Positions 13,666 to 28,000 of a DNA stretch of 59,648 bases are shown here, one piece after another. The stretch's first letter is position 1. Each line of letters begins with the position of its first letter. The notes under the pieces are model-generated. The model did not search any database. It was given only the letters and a program-made list of their open reading frames with translations, and was not told the origin of the DNA. The stretch covers positions 1 to 59,648 of the IMG/VR virus record IMGVR_UViG_3300025018_000011. One strand, given 5' to 3'. This stretch comes from a virus. Lineage: Duplodnaviria > Caudoviricetes. The translations under genes were made by a program, and so were the position numbers.

Positions 13666-14310
13666 TTAAAATACTGGAGTGCTTCATTCTTTTTTCTTAC
13701 CCTCTATGTTAGGATTTCTTTTAGAGATATAAGAATCTATATCTGTAATAGCATCAACATCAGAATCTATTTTATCTTTTTCGATATCAGATCAATATAT
13801 ACCAGACCATATGTCAGATAGAATTGATTTAATTTTTCATTGAGATGCTTTATCTCAAGCTTTAGCTTTTTCATAGTTTCTCACCACAATCATGAGTTGT
13901 GGATCTTGCACTCATCCAAATGCTTCAAGCTCTGCATTTTTATAAACTAAATCAGATTTATCTAAATTTAGAGATTTGATTTTAGTTTGTAATGCTGCAA
14001 CTGATTCAGATAACTCTTTTACAAGTTCATCTTTCTTTTTGTTTTCAGATAAAAGTTTTTCAACTTCTACTTCTCAACCTCAAGATGATTTAACTTCATC
14101 AACTGCTGTTTGTATATCATCAGCATTATCTTCTAGTGAAGCTAGAATTTGATCAAGTTCATCTACTTCATCCTCTAAATCTGTTTTAGATTCATCTTCA
14201 GATGATTTTTGTTCTTCACCCATCATTTCCATATGTTCTTCTTTATTTTCTTCAGAAGAATCTATAGTTGGATCTAGTTTATTCTCATCATTCAACTCTT
14301 CTTTCAACAT
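13666..14310 (-). CDS. Capsid scaffolding protein, 214 aa
   Basis: Very acidic N-terminus, then coiled coil; immediately upstream of capsid; extends track ORF 14080..14310 through TGA. Confidence 0.7.
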
Positions 14311-14614
14311 ATTCGTTAGGATTAGTATTTAAATAAGTTAGTTCAGAGATTAATATTTGTATTCATTCATACTTAATTATATCTCAGTATTTTTTTTGTT
14401 CTATTAGCTGGTTTACTTCTGACCGATAAAAAGTTGATAATAACTTTATGATATCTTTCTCTGTATTTGCTAGTAATTTAGATAGAAGTTTTTTATCATC
14501 TATTCTATAAATTCAAGGGAACATTTTTCTAACTAATGTATACCCCTCTGTATCATTATATTTAACTTGTTTTTCTTTGTCAAAAAAAACTTTCTTTATT
14601 GTATCTAAAAACAT
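14279..14614 (-). CDS. Hypothetical protein, 111 aa
   Basis: MFLDTIKKVFFDK...; between portal and scaffold. Confidence 0.6.
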
Positions 14615-14625
14615 ATTTAGTTAGA

Positions 14626-16632
14626 TTAAATTATATTATCTAATGCTGATAAATCCTCTTCTGTTAATTGAGTTTCATCTACTGTTTGTGCTTGTTCTTC
14701 TTCTCAGTATTGGCTTTGTTTTTTGTAGTCAGATGCTTCATCTGGTACGAACTCTTGTTTATTTCAATAACTCTTATATCCTCATTGTCCTCAGTTATAT
14801 GATTGGTTATTATTATAAGCTTCTGATTTTGCTTTCTTTGCTGCTACTTCTTCATCAAGAAGTTTTTGACTAACATATGATTCTTTATATGATTGATCTT
14901 TAAAAATATTATCTATTTCAAAATCCATTCATAAAGTAGCTTTCATTAATTCTGGCAAGTTAACTTTATCTTGAGTATATTGTAATAAGTATTGTAGATT
15001 TTCTTTTAATGCTGCTCTTCTATTTTCTTGTTCTACTTTGTATAGAGCATCGAATGTAAATGTAATATTATCTTCATCGATTATATCTCTTACATCTTTA
15101 CCATTTACTGAAAATGAAATTATATTTTTTCATCCCTCATCCATTATATCTACTATAGAAATTTTTTTCTTTAATAATTCTGCTCTAGAGAAATACTTTA
15201 AGAACATTAACACCCAACTTCTTGCCATATTTCACATCATCATATTAATTGAATCAGTGATAGGTGTTAGTTTAGATTTATATTGGTTTAGTATTAAGTC
15301 TACTCAACCAGATACTCTTTCTGCTCTTCATTGTCATCCAAGTAAATATTGATTAACTCATGATCTTTGTTGACCAAACTCAGTCATTACTTGCATATAG
15401 TTTAATGGAGCAAAGTCTTTTGTTCAAAGTTCTAATCTACGAATTGAATTAGGTGCATTAACTTTTAATGCTCAGAATTTTTTAAATTCTATTTTACCAT
15501 TTCTTACGAATGGACTATTACCAACTACTTCATACATATCTGATAAAGACATTTTAGTATTATCTAAAAATGCATTCCACATTCAATTTAATACATGTTG
15601 TATCCCTCAGATTTTATCTGGTTCTCATTGTGCATTTCAAGTTCATGGTATTTCAGAATTTACAACTTCTCTTATCTCTCATACGTTATGAGTCTTTTCT
15701 CATTCGTATAGAATTATACCATTAACATAGTATGCTACTTCTGAAGAAGTATTGTATGTTACAAATTCATATGATGTAGAATCTTTATTTAAAAAATAGT
15801 TATTCATATCTCTTTCACTATCTACTTGTCTCATTGGTAAGTTAACATATCATTTACTTATAGTAGATTCTGTTCTCATCTTATTTATTAGTAATGGAGA
15901 TACATTACTTAAATCTTTAACTGTATTGCAGTTATAGAAACTGAATGGTTTTTGATCTCCATCCTTAGCTGTTTGAAGTACTTTATTTATAAGTGCATCT
16001 ATTTTTTTATAGTGTGCATCTTTTTCTTCATCAGTCATTGCTTCTTTTACTAATCTTTTAGACCGTAACATTCTTGCTTTTGTTCTTATTTCTTCACCAG
16101 TGATATAGGTTCTAATAACTTTAAATGGACTTTTATATAATCCAGTTGATCTATCATAGAATACATCGAATACTGAAATATATTCCATAGTAGGAGTTTT
16201 AATCTCAGTCTTTATATCTATTCATAATGAATCAAATTTTTCAACATTATTTTCTTTTAATAAGAAATCTCTAGAATAAGCTTTACCACATATTAATGCT
16301 TCCTTTGCTATAGATGATATAGTTCTTTTTCAAGATTGTCTAAAGTCAAATGCCTTACTACATGCGTCTCTTAATCATTTATCATCTATATTAAATTTAA
16401 ATCAGAAATCATATATACTTGCGAACATAGTATCAATTATAGATGCCACCAATGGGTAGTCTACATTTGATTGCCATGATTCTATTTCATTTATTCTTTC
16501 TAATACAAATCAAAGATATGTTTTATAATTATCTATGTATTTTGGGAACACATAATTTTCAAAAGATATAATAGTATTCTTAATTAATGTTTCTCTATCG
16601 AGTCTTTTTTGTTCTAATGTTTGCTTTTCCAT
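14626..16632 (-). CDS. Portal protein (P22/podovirus-like), 668 aa
   Basis: WQSNVDYPLVASIIDTM, AKEALICGK, EYISVFDVFYD; Q/E-rich tail; follows terminase. Confidence 0.85.
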
Positions 16633-16634
16633 AA

Positions 16635-18671
16635 TTAATAATAAGGATTATAAGATACTGTCTCTTCAATATTATATGAATAAACTTCTGCATTATCAAA
16701 TTCTTGTCAGTAAGTCTTCATTTCTTCTTTAGTTGTTAATCATAGTACTCATACTATATATGCAATTGCATAAGCTAAAGATAGAACTAGATCATCTTTT
16801 GTTTTTCATTTTCACTTGTAAAGTATAATACCAGATTTTCAACTAGATAATTTTTCAAAATTATTTAACTGTTCTAGTAAATGATACAAGTCTTCCTTAA
16901 TTTTTATTTGTCTTCACTTTAATGCATTTTCTAAGAATCATATTAATAATGTTTTAGACATTACCCAATATCATTTTTTGTTATGAGTTAATGAACCTTG
17001 TCAACTTGTCTTCATCCGAATATCTATTACTCAGTTCTTATCTAATTCAGACAATAGTTCTCATACTCATGATCTATCGCATACAGTAGTAGACTTAGGA
17101 AATTCAGTTTTTAGATTCTTTATATAATCTAATTGATATATATAGTCTGCATTCTCTAATTTAATACTTCTCTCTACTAATTGTGTATTAAGATTGAATA
17201 CAGTTATTCAAGCATTATCATCAAGTTTTGCTGGATCAAGTGAGATTATTCTATAATCATTCTTAGGTCATTCAGATAAATTAATAATATTTCATGAAAC
17301 TTGAAATACTTTCTTCTTATCAAATATAATACAATATCATTTTGCATATAATTCTTCAGTAGATTTATCTCTCATTTGAGCTTTAATTGTTTCTCTCATC
17401 ACTACTCTTTCTTGTTCTGGTAATCAAGTTCAAAGTAATTCATTATCATCAATAGTTACACGATATGATGCGATTAATGGATCTCATAGTTCTCATTGTA
17501 TTAATAATTGATACGCCCAATGGTCTATAGGTGTTTCTTCATTAGCCGTTGATATAATAAAGAATGATTCAGTTTCAAAGATTGCTCTTTGATAGAATGA
17601 TGTCCAGAATCTATTTGTTATACGAGTAGCTTCATCAATGATTGCATCATCACAAGCTATTCATTCTCATAGAGATTCTCATAGTTTTTTAGTTGTCTCT
17701 TGTAATATCGCATGTAGTGATACTACTTGTAATATATTTCAAGTTAATAAGCACTCTATTGTTAATGATGATTCATTAATTTTAAATACACGCTTTCTTC
17801 AAGGTATATCATATCATAAATCTCATATTAATGTTTTACAATATCTAAAATATGTAGTACCTATTTGATCTTTGTTAGGAACAAAGTATTTTATATCTCT
17901 AGGTCTAGTACCTCAAAATCACTTCTTAGGATTAAGTAAAGCTCTTATTGATATGTAAGCGGCATCAAATGTTTTACCGTTCGCCCTAGACGCTATAACT
18001 ACGTTTATTTTGTTCCAATTGATTAACACAGACTTAAACCAAGTAAATGTTTTAAACATTGCATGTTGTCTTAATAAATGTGTGTATGCATAATCTCTAT
18101 TAATATCGCCTATTTCTTTATTAATAAATCATTGTTTTATCTCTGCTTCGAGAACATCTTCTAAAGTATATGTTGTAACAAACGCTCTAGTGGTTCTATA
18201 GTAATTTGTTCTTGTTGAACCTTTTGTAAATTTAAATCAATACTCTCTTCATTTTCTTAAAAATCTTCAAGTAAAGAGAATTGTTTTAAACAGAGTATAT
18301 TGCAAATCAGAAATAAATCACTTCTTAACTGCTTCTTTAAAGTAGTGTGCGAGTGTAGTTGTTTCATCTGCTCATTCTTCTAAGATTGGCAAACTAATTC
18401 ATACTGTTCTTTTTCAAAGTAATTCTTGAAGTATTCATGATACTTCAAATGTCATCTTTTGAAAAGGTGCAAATGAATTATGATTTGCAATATCACTATC
18501 TATAACATATTTAAAATCTTGATCAACTGATGAGTTAACTATGAATTTATTTTTATTTACTAATACAGTATCATCAACAATAAATGAAGACATTATTTTA
18601 CAATAATCTTCATAAAAATATTTATTTACAGTATTGTGATAAAAATATTTATCTAGTTTTCAAATCAGCAT
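16635..18671 (-). CDS. terL: Terminase large subunit, 678 aa
   Basis: Walker A ASRANGKT, Walker B AIIDEA, nuclease motifs SLDPAKLDD, DRSGVGE, KDDLVLSLA. Confidence 0.9.
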
Positions 18672-18681
18672 TTATTGTTAA

Positions 18682-19032
18682 TTAAAAATTAAGCTTATCT
18701 CATTTAGCTGGAATATTATTAAATATAGCTACTTGAGTCTTTTTATCTGATAAGTCGAATCAATATATTTTTAATAACACTTTTGCTGCTTCTAATATAG
18801 TTTTAAAGTCTGGTGACTCATATCATTTATTATTTAATATATATGCTTTTTCTAATACATAATTTAATTTATCAGCTATGAATGACATATTCATTCATTT
18901 ATTTGATAATGCTTGAGCTAGCTCTTGCTTTAGCTCATTAAAGTTTTTTGGATCTAAAGGAACCACTTCGTTTAGAGGTGGTTCATTATTAGTTAAATCC
19001 TTTTTATTTTGTATTATTATTTGCTTATTCAT
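18682..19032 (-). CDS. Putative terminase small subunit, 116 aa
   Basis: Directly upstream of terL; helical ILEAAKVLLKIYG motif. Confidence 0.55.
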
Positions 19033-22000
19033 AATTAAATGGTTTATCTGACAATAATCATTTACTTGCTTTTGGAATTCTATTAGGTGCTAACTTCCTT
19101 TTTAGATTTTTTACTTTCCTTTTTGGCTTAAGTATAATAGTTCTTTTCCTTTGTTTTGCAAGTTCTCTTTTATTTCATCAAGCCTTTATTATATTAGTTC
19201 AAAATAATTCTGGCATCATCATTTCTATTTTAGCTTTTTGATATTCTTGCATTATAGGTGTTTTGAAATAATTAATAGCTCATCATTGAGGATATCCTCT
19301 CATTGATTCTCATACATAATTTCAAGGAGTATTAGATATATATCAAATTTTATTTGGTATGAAATCTTTTAATGGTTGAAATTGTTTTGAGAAGTTTGGT
19401 CTAGCATCATTAAATCATGCAGATTTTCAATTTGAAAATATTCTATTAGGATAATACTTTTTACTATATCATCATTTTGTTTGTTGAGAGTTAACTATGT
19501 CTTTTAAAATACTAGTAGCATCATATTCAACTGATTTAACTGAAGTATCATATATCCAGTTTGCAATAATTTTCTTAGTATTATAACTTAATCCTTCAAA
19601 TCTTTTATCATCTTTTAATAATCCATAACTCGCTTTATCCATTCACAACATTGCTGCTGCCTTTTTAGCTAACTTTGTTTTTGGATCTTGTGAACTATTT
19701 TCAATATCAATTAATGTTTTAATTATTAATTGTCATACTGTTTCATCGTTTCAATTAAATCATGCATTTAAAGTAGAGAACCTAGTTGTTAATACTCATA
19801 CTGAAGTATCTCATCTTTGTAGATTTCTTGTAGCTAAATATTCATTTGCTAACATTCTATTTGCTTCTTTAATTATTTTACTATCTCTATATGTATTTTC
19901 TAATTGAGAACTTAAATCTTTTTGATTATATTTCATTTCTAATTCTATAACTTTATGAACTGATGTTGCATCCATATTAAGGAAGTCAGCATGTTCCATT
20001 AAAGCTTGTCTCTTAATTACATTTTGTTGATATGTAGTTAACCATGGTTTACCTTGTTCATCATATTGTCATAATTCTTTTGTTAAAGCTTTAAACAATT
20101 TAGATTGTTTCGAATAAATAGCATATGCATTAATTTGTCCTGCTCAAATATTTCAACCGAACTCAGCTAGTGCTTGAAGTTTTAGAAATCATTTTGGATA
20201 TTCTGATGGTGCGTTAATTACTTTATCGAAATCTAATCACTCTAATTCCATTTTTCTTTTTAACTCAGTAACTACTACATCATCTAACATTGTTAGTCTT
20301 TGTACTGTAGTTTCATCACTATCTAAATCTCAATACTTATATAATCATCTACCTTTAATGTCTAGTTCTCTTGTGTAATCATATGCTACATCATTGTATA
20401 ATGTTGCAATAGCTTTTTGTTGGTCATCAGTTAGATCATCTGGATTTTTTCAAAGTAACTTTCAAAGATTATATTGATTTCAATCAATGTTTGTTATTCA
20501 CTTATTTGTCATAAGTTGTTTTAATCAATCTCTTTTATACGCTTCTTCTATTATCTTTTGAACTGCTCTTGATGTTACAGAGAATTCTCATGTTTCTAAT
20601 TTAAACCGATCAACAATCATATTTGAAACTGACATCATGAATCAAGTATTTTGAAAATTTGCGAATTGCATTCATTTCATTTTTTCTTCAAATATATCAT
20701 CTTCACTAGTATTACCTCATAATCACATTAATCATATATTTGTTTTATCTGTAATTGTTCAATATGAATCATTCATTGCTTCAAATCATATATATCTCAT
20801 ATAAGAATCATTCATACTATTGATAGAGTCTGCAATTGATTTAGCTGCCAACATTGTTGTTTCAACTATGTTTTCTGATTCATCTGCATGTTTGTATGCA
20901 TCAATAGCTCAAGCTAACATTTTTGGAACTACAGCTAAAGTTCTTGTATATCTTTTTAATAATTCATATGAAGTGTATTGTATTGCTTTAGATGTATCTC
21001 AAAATCTATTTGCTATCTCAGAACTTTCCATTATTTGTCATAATAAAATTTCTCTAGATACAAGTACGTTATTAAATGCTTTCATGAAATCCTCTGATGC
21101 TCATAGATCATTTGGATCTCTTTCATATTTTTCAGTCTTCATATATAGTCATAATGCATTATTTGACATGTAAAGAAGTGAACTATTGTAAGATAACCAG
21201 TTAGACATTTCTGATTTAAATCATTTAAAATCTCAATCTCTTAAATATTTTCATGCTCTTAAGAATGATAATTGATTGTCCACATATTGAGCTGTATTAT
21301 GAAATCACCATCCATTTAGATATCATACTGCTGACATAAATATTCTTGGCATAACATATTTTCATTCATCTCAATATATATCCATAGTATTCAATAATGT
21401 TTTTCTGTGTAATTGAGATGATGATACAACTCATCCTCAAGTCTTAGCATAGAATGTTCTAGTTTGAGTACTTATGAAATTCTTAATATCTTGCATATGC
21501 CACCCCATTGCAATTCTATCCTCTATAAACTTTGGTAAATCTTTTACTTCTATTCATATAGTATTTGTGAATTCTATTAATGCTGCTCTTTTACGTATTC
21601 ATTCTAATGGTGCATCCCAAAATGTTAATGGACTCATGAAAAAACTTTCTACATATTTTCAAAATCTATTGTAATCTTTTCAAGTGAACTCTGACATTTT
21701 ATCAAATGGTATAGTTATTAATCTTGATAGAGTATTCATTAATCAAGTTTGTGATATCTCACTATCATATCAAACTGATAATCTAATTAAATCTTCTGAT
21801 TCTAATAATCAATATTTTTTTAACATTGCTTCAGCTTCAGATAATTGATTTTTATGCATTGCTATTCTAGCCATGATTTGTACGTAGTTTGGTAATAATT
21901 GTACGAATCACATTATTTGTCATTTTTGATGAGTTAATGTTGATACTAATCAATATCAAAATAGATAATGTAGAGCATTGAAAGCATTAAAAATTCATTC

Positions 22001-25000
22001 TGTTTTACCTCATCTAACTGGGTATAGAGTATTTGTAAGTATAGATGCATCCCTATTTGATATTCAAGTAGTTTTTAATTTATCTAATAGATTAGTTCTA
22101 TTTAATAATCAATTAGTTCTTAATGCAAATGTATAATCTGATTTTACTGATTCAATTAAATCTTTAAATAATGTATCTGATTTAGTATCTATATATTCTT
22201 TTGCAATAGTAATTTCATTTAAACTTCATTTAGTTGTTGATTCTAATTTATTTATAATTACTAATGATGGTTCTATAATTTGTTCTCTATATTTTTGTAT
22301 AGCATCAGTGAATAGTTTATTAGATTTTCAATCAAATAATGGTAATCAACTTACTGAATCTACATTCATTCAACTAATTTCATCTAATATTTTATCAGTA
22401 TTTACTGTAAGAATATATCAGTCTGGAGTTTGTTTTATTGATGATGTAAATACTTTATCAATACTTTTCATAAATGGTTCAGCTTGATCTTTTCTTAAGT
22501 TAAATTCTTTTTTTAGTAGTTTACTAATAGCAACGAAATTATCTTTTAAATCCTTTCATAAACTTTTTGAAGCAAATTCATTAGTTAATTTAGATACCAT
22601 ATTAATTCTTTCCATAAGTAATGGATTATATTTATTTAGTATGTCTGCTAGTACTAATTTTCAAAATCATTTTCTAAGTGTAGCTAATTTACTATGTTGA
22701 TTTAATGTCTCTTCTAATGCATCTCTTGTTATCTCTGGACTAAAATCTATTCTAGGTATAAACTCTCATTGAACTTCAGTGAAATCTCTTATTGTATCAG
22801 AGTCTATCATTTTTGTAGTAAAGTCTTCTACTGTTTCACTTTGTTTCAATTCTATTTTTTCTATTTCTTCTTTTCTAATTTCAATTTGATTTACTATATC
22901 ATCAATTTCAGAATCAAGTCTTCATTCAGAATCATTTAAAATTAGATGTAACTCTTCTATCTCTTTATTGATAATTCAAATATCAGAAATACTTCTTTGT
23001 TCTTGTATATCTTTTGAATATTTATTCATAAATGTTTTTAGATTTTCTCTATTAGCAGCATCAGAATATTTAATAAATTCTATCTTTTCTTTTGCTAATA
23101 ATAAATCAACTATTTGTGAATTTCAATCAGACAATGCATATAATGCAAACATATTTCTAGTAGCGTAATCTTCTAATAATGCTTTATCAACTATTGATAT
23201 AGCTTCATGTCATTTTATTCAAGATTCTTTTAGAGTATTATACTCTGTTACTAATTTATTTAATGTATCGTTCTTATATCATTTAGATTCTTCTTTGAAA
23301 AAATTCTTTAAATCTAGTTTAGATTCTTTTTCTAAGTATCTTTTTCAATTTAATAGCTCTTTAGCTTTACTTACTATCTTATTTAAGAAGACTTTATCTT
23401 CTTCTTTTGCTACTTTTTTAATAGATATGTTATCAAGTATAAATCATAGATCATTTGTTATGTTTATCTTTTGAATATCTGGTATATATTTCTTAATAAA
23501 ATATTCATACAGATCTCATTTAATTCATAATTTTCATGAACTATATTTATTTAAAGTAAATTTATCTAGAAATGCTAATTTAGATATATCTCATTTATCT
23601 ATTACATCATTTGCTTTATATGATGTAGATAATGGTACAAATATTTCATCATGGAATTTTTTAAATCAAGCTCCAGATGGATCATCTATTACTAAGTTAT
23701 ATAAATCTCTTACCCAGTTGCTAGGGAACTCGCTCTTTCAAGACTTAGCAAAGTCTAATGCTATTTGTAATATTGAAGCTGCTTCTTGGTCAAATAAATC
23801 ATCTCATTCTTTAAATTTATATCTTCTTAAATCTAATGTAGATATCTCTTTTTTCCCATAATATATTGTTGATTCAATATTTTTATCTATATTTTTTAAT
23901 AATCTCATAGTTCTAATTCATGCAGATATTAATCATACACTTTTCTTAGCTTCTAATGAAACCATTCTTGCTCTATATAAATTATACTCTGGTTTAGTTT
24001 TGTTTACTTGTTTTGTTGTGATATGTTTATTTCTAATATTATTAAGCTTATCTAATAATTCTAGATTAGTTAATCATACTGGTTCTCATAGAGCTGCCTT
24101 AGCTAATACGTTTCATTTTTTAGAATGTGCTGATACCATAAATAAATGATCTCAGTCAAAGTCTCATTCTTTTTTAATGAATACTGCATATGGACTCATG
24201 ATAACACTATGTTTATCTATGCTTGAATATTTTTTATATAACTCAGAATCAACTGGTAATTTTTCTGCTAACTTTATTTTGTATACTCAAAGATTATATT
24301 TTGATGCTACTGGATATCTATAACCTACTATTTCAAAATCTTTATGTTTTATTTTTTCTCTTATTCTTAGATATTCATCACTATCTTTATCTAATTTAGA
24401 TAATTGTAAACGTAAATCATCTTCTATATCTTTTATGATTTTATTATCTTGAGAAAGTATTATCTCGCTATTTTTTAATAAAGGATCAACTTCTTGCATA
24501 AATACAGTTTCTCACTTTGTTGGTCATTTATTAATTAGTGTTTCTATACTTCATAAGAAATCATTAGAGTATGCTCATAATAATGTATCAGAATATGCTC
24601 CTACATCACTTTGGGCAGCTTTATAATTTGAAATGATATCTTGTATCTCTTGAGTAGTTTTATTCTTGTAAAGGGAATTAAACCTGTCTGTAGTTCAAAT
24701 TGGCTCTACTATAGTTTTAAAATATAATTCATCTATTTGTGACTTCATTATATTTGCTATAGCTTCTTGATGTTCTAATGGTAATCAATTAATTATTTGT
24801 AATGCTACTGATTGTTCTTCTTTTATTTCATGTGCATCAGATGAGGCATTTTTAAAGTCTTGTGTAGTAGTTCATTTAACTTCTCATATAGCTTTATATT
24901 CTCTTCAATTAATAATAATTGTTTTAGGTGAGCTATATTTTGTCATTTGTGAATCAAGCTTCAAAGATCATTCTCAAATAGCTACTGCATAGTTTTCCTC

Positions 25001-28000
25001 AACTCAATCTATAATAAATGAGCTTTTTGATTTATTAAATAAAGTTTTACCTCAATAAATTTTTCAATCTTTTAATCAATAGAAATGATCTTTAAACGCT
25101 GTAGTATCTTTTTTATCTAATCATTTAATCTCATTACGTAATCTCCATAAGTCTTTTGACGCCCATGATGTACCATCATTGAAATCTTTTAAGAATATAT
25201 TATCTAGATATGATTTAACTTCAGATATATTTTTTGGTAAACCAGACATTATGTCTTCATATATTTCTTTAGAAACCTCTCAGCTTATTGCATCTTTAAT
25301 TTCTTCTAAGTTATTACTTTCTTTAATTAAGGTTTTAAGTTTTTGTGTAAAATTATTTACTTCTTGTAAGATATAAGTTTTGATAGGAATATTTACATTA
25401 TCAAACGTATTGTAATTAGACATATTAAATGTTTCTCTTTTTGCTATAACATCTGCAGTCAATCATTCATATCATAATCAATCTCAATATATTTTTTGAT
25501 ATTCATCTTGTTTCGCTAAATAAGATTTTTTACTATCTCAAAAATTATATTTTTGTAAGTATGCATCCTTATCTCAGAATGTTCACATTATTGCTTCTCA
25601 TTTTTCTAATCAAAGTTCTTTTCTTATTTTATCTCTATATGGTGCTAGTATTTTTTTGAATTCTAATGTTTCAAATATTTTTCATTCTACATCTATGTTT
25701 CAAATTTTGTATGAAGCATTCTCTCATTCAATAGCATGAAATATTATATCTGCTTTTTGAACATCATTTAGTGCAATTAGTTCTTCTCAAGATGAAGTGT
25801 ATACTTTATTTTTTTCAAATACATCATCTATTAATTTACTAAGTAATAATGGAGACTTATCTGTAGTTGATACATTGATTGTTGATATTACATCAATTCA
25901 TGATATCTTAATAAATCATATTTTATCTCACATTATTTTTTTCATATCCTCTATCCTAATAACACGATCTTCATATATTCAATCTGTTGATGTAGATATA
26001 TTTTTCTTATAAGTTACCCATTTGTCAGTTTTTTTATCCTTAAATGAATATTGTTTTTCTGATTTAATTATGTTTTTAATCTTTATATTATTTTCTTTTA
26101 ATGCAATTCTTTTGAAACTTTCATATATATTAAAATCTTTTATAGCTAATTCTATTAACTCATCTTTTACATTAACTATCTTTAATCAGTCTATTGCTTT
26201 AATTTCTATGTCTTTTAATGTATCATTTAAAAACTTTCATATAATTTTTCAAAACTCTCATCTCTTTTTAGCTCATATTATTTCATCTGGATTATTTCAC
26301 GAATAATATAATGAGTTTATAAATTCTTTAAACTTCCCATTAGTTTCGAATAAATGATTAACATCTTTACTTGTTCATTCAAAATGTTTATTTAATCAAT
26401 CTAATATAATATTATCAGATGTATCATATATTCATTTCTTAGATGTCATTTCATTTATTAATACTCTTATCGGATTATTTTTTAATGTATATTCTTTTTC
26501 ATAAATTCAAGTTCATAGATTCATTTTAGCTACTATGTCTGATATTATTTTTTCTTCATCAACCCATATCGTATCTTTAAATTTACTATTGTTTAATGAA
26601 ATACTTGTTTTGATATGATTTCTAATTTTTTCAGAAACAGTTATATCATTCTCAAGTTCTTTTAATAAATCATATTTAGTTTGGAAGTCTTTAACTTCAA
26701 CTATTATTTTTATTCTAGCTACTGATTGTTCAAATTCATCTTGTGATAAAGAATTTTTTAATGCTATATTTTCATGCATTCTATCTAATTGATCTTGATA
26801 TGAAATTATATCTGATAATTTAGATTGTTTCTCATTCATAATCGCATTATCTACAATTGTATTTATTTTGTCATATATATCTTGACCATAAAAATAACTG
26901 TCTGTTTTTTTTCTAAATTCTTCTTCAGTCATTAATAGATTTTTTTCTACTTTAACTAATTGAGCTTCTTTAATAACTCTATCTTGTTTAATTTTATCTG
27001 TCAACTCTTTTGTGGATTTATAATTTCTTTCAGATTGTTTAAGATTATTAATTGTTTCTATTAATGTTTCTCTATTAACTTTATTCCTAAGCATTATTCT
27101 TTCAAAATCAGCAGTTATCAATTTATCAGTATGATCTATTTCAGATTGTTTTAATAAATCTTTCTTCTTTGCTAATTCTTGGAAAGCATTTTCATCTAGT
27201 AATATCTTTTTTAGATATTCCATTTTCATATCTTTATTACCTTTCAGTATTAATTTTTCTACAGCATTAAAGTTTTTTGATATTCTATGTGTAGCATTTT
27301 TAATAACTGTACCAATAAAAGGATTTGACTCATATCAGAAAAGCTTAACTATGTCTAGTACTAATTTTTCTATAGATGCAACTTTTTCTACTCATTCTCA
27401 TAGATTATCCTTTAAAAATAAAGACTCTCTTACTATTTGTTTTACTACTCAAACATCAATGTTTCAATCTAATCTTATTACATTTTGATATTTTCATGCT
27501 GATTCTATCGCATCTAATTTCATTACTCAATCAGTATAATCTATTTTTCAATCTATTACTTTAGAATTTTTTAATATATCTCTAAGTACTGTTATTGTTT
27601 TATTTGTATAATGCCCGAAGCTTTCTTTTCAAATAGATTCAAACATATATCCTATAGATGAATCTAATAATTTTTTTCATGGTAATAAATATTTAACTAT
27701 GTTTCTTCATTCAGATAAATCTAATGGGACATCCTCTACTTTTGATAATGGATCTCATTTTTTATATACTTCTGGAAGAGACCCATATGCGAAAACAAAT
27801 AATGAATCTTCATCTTTTACTGCTTGTTTAATAGCATCTATTGTTAAATTCTTATTTCATAAATTCATTTTAGATACATTGTCTCCAAAAATCTTTTGTA
27901 GTTCTTGCATTAAGAAATCCAGTTCTCATTCAATGTAATTTTTAGATGGAGTACTTACTATTCATTTACCATCAGAACTTTGAGATAATCAAGTTACTAA

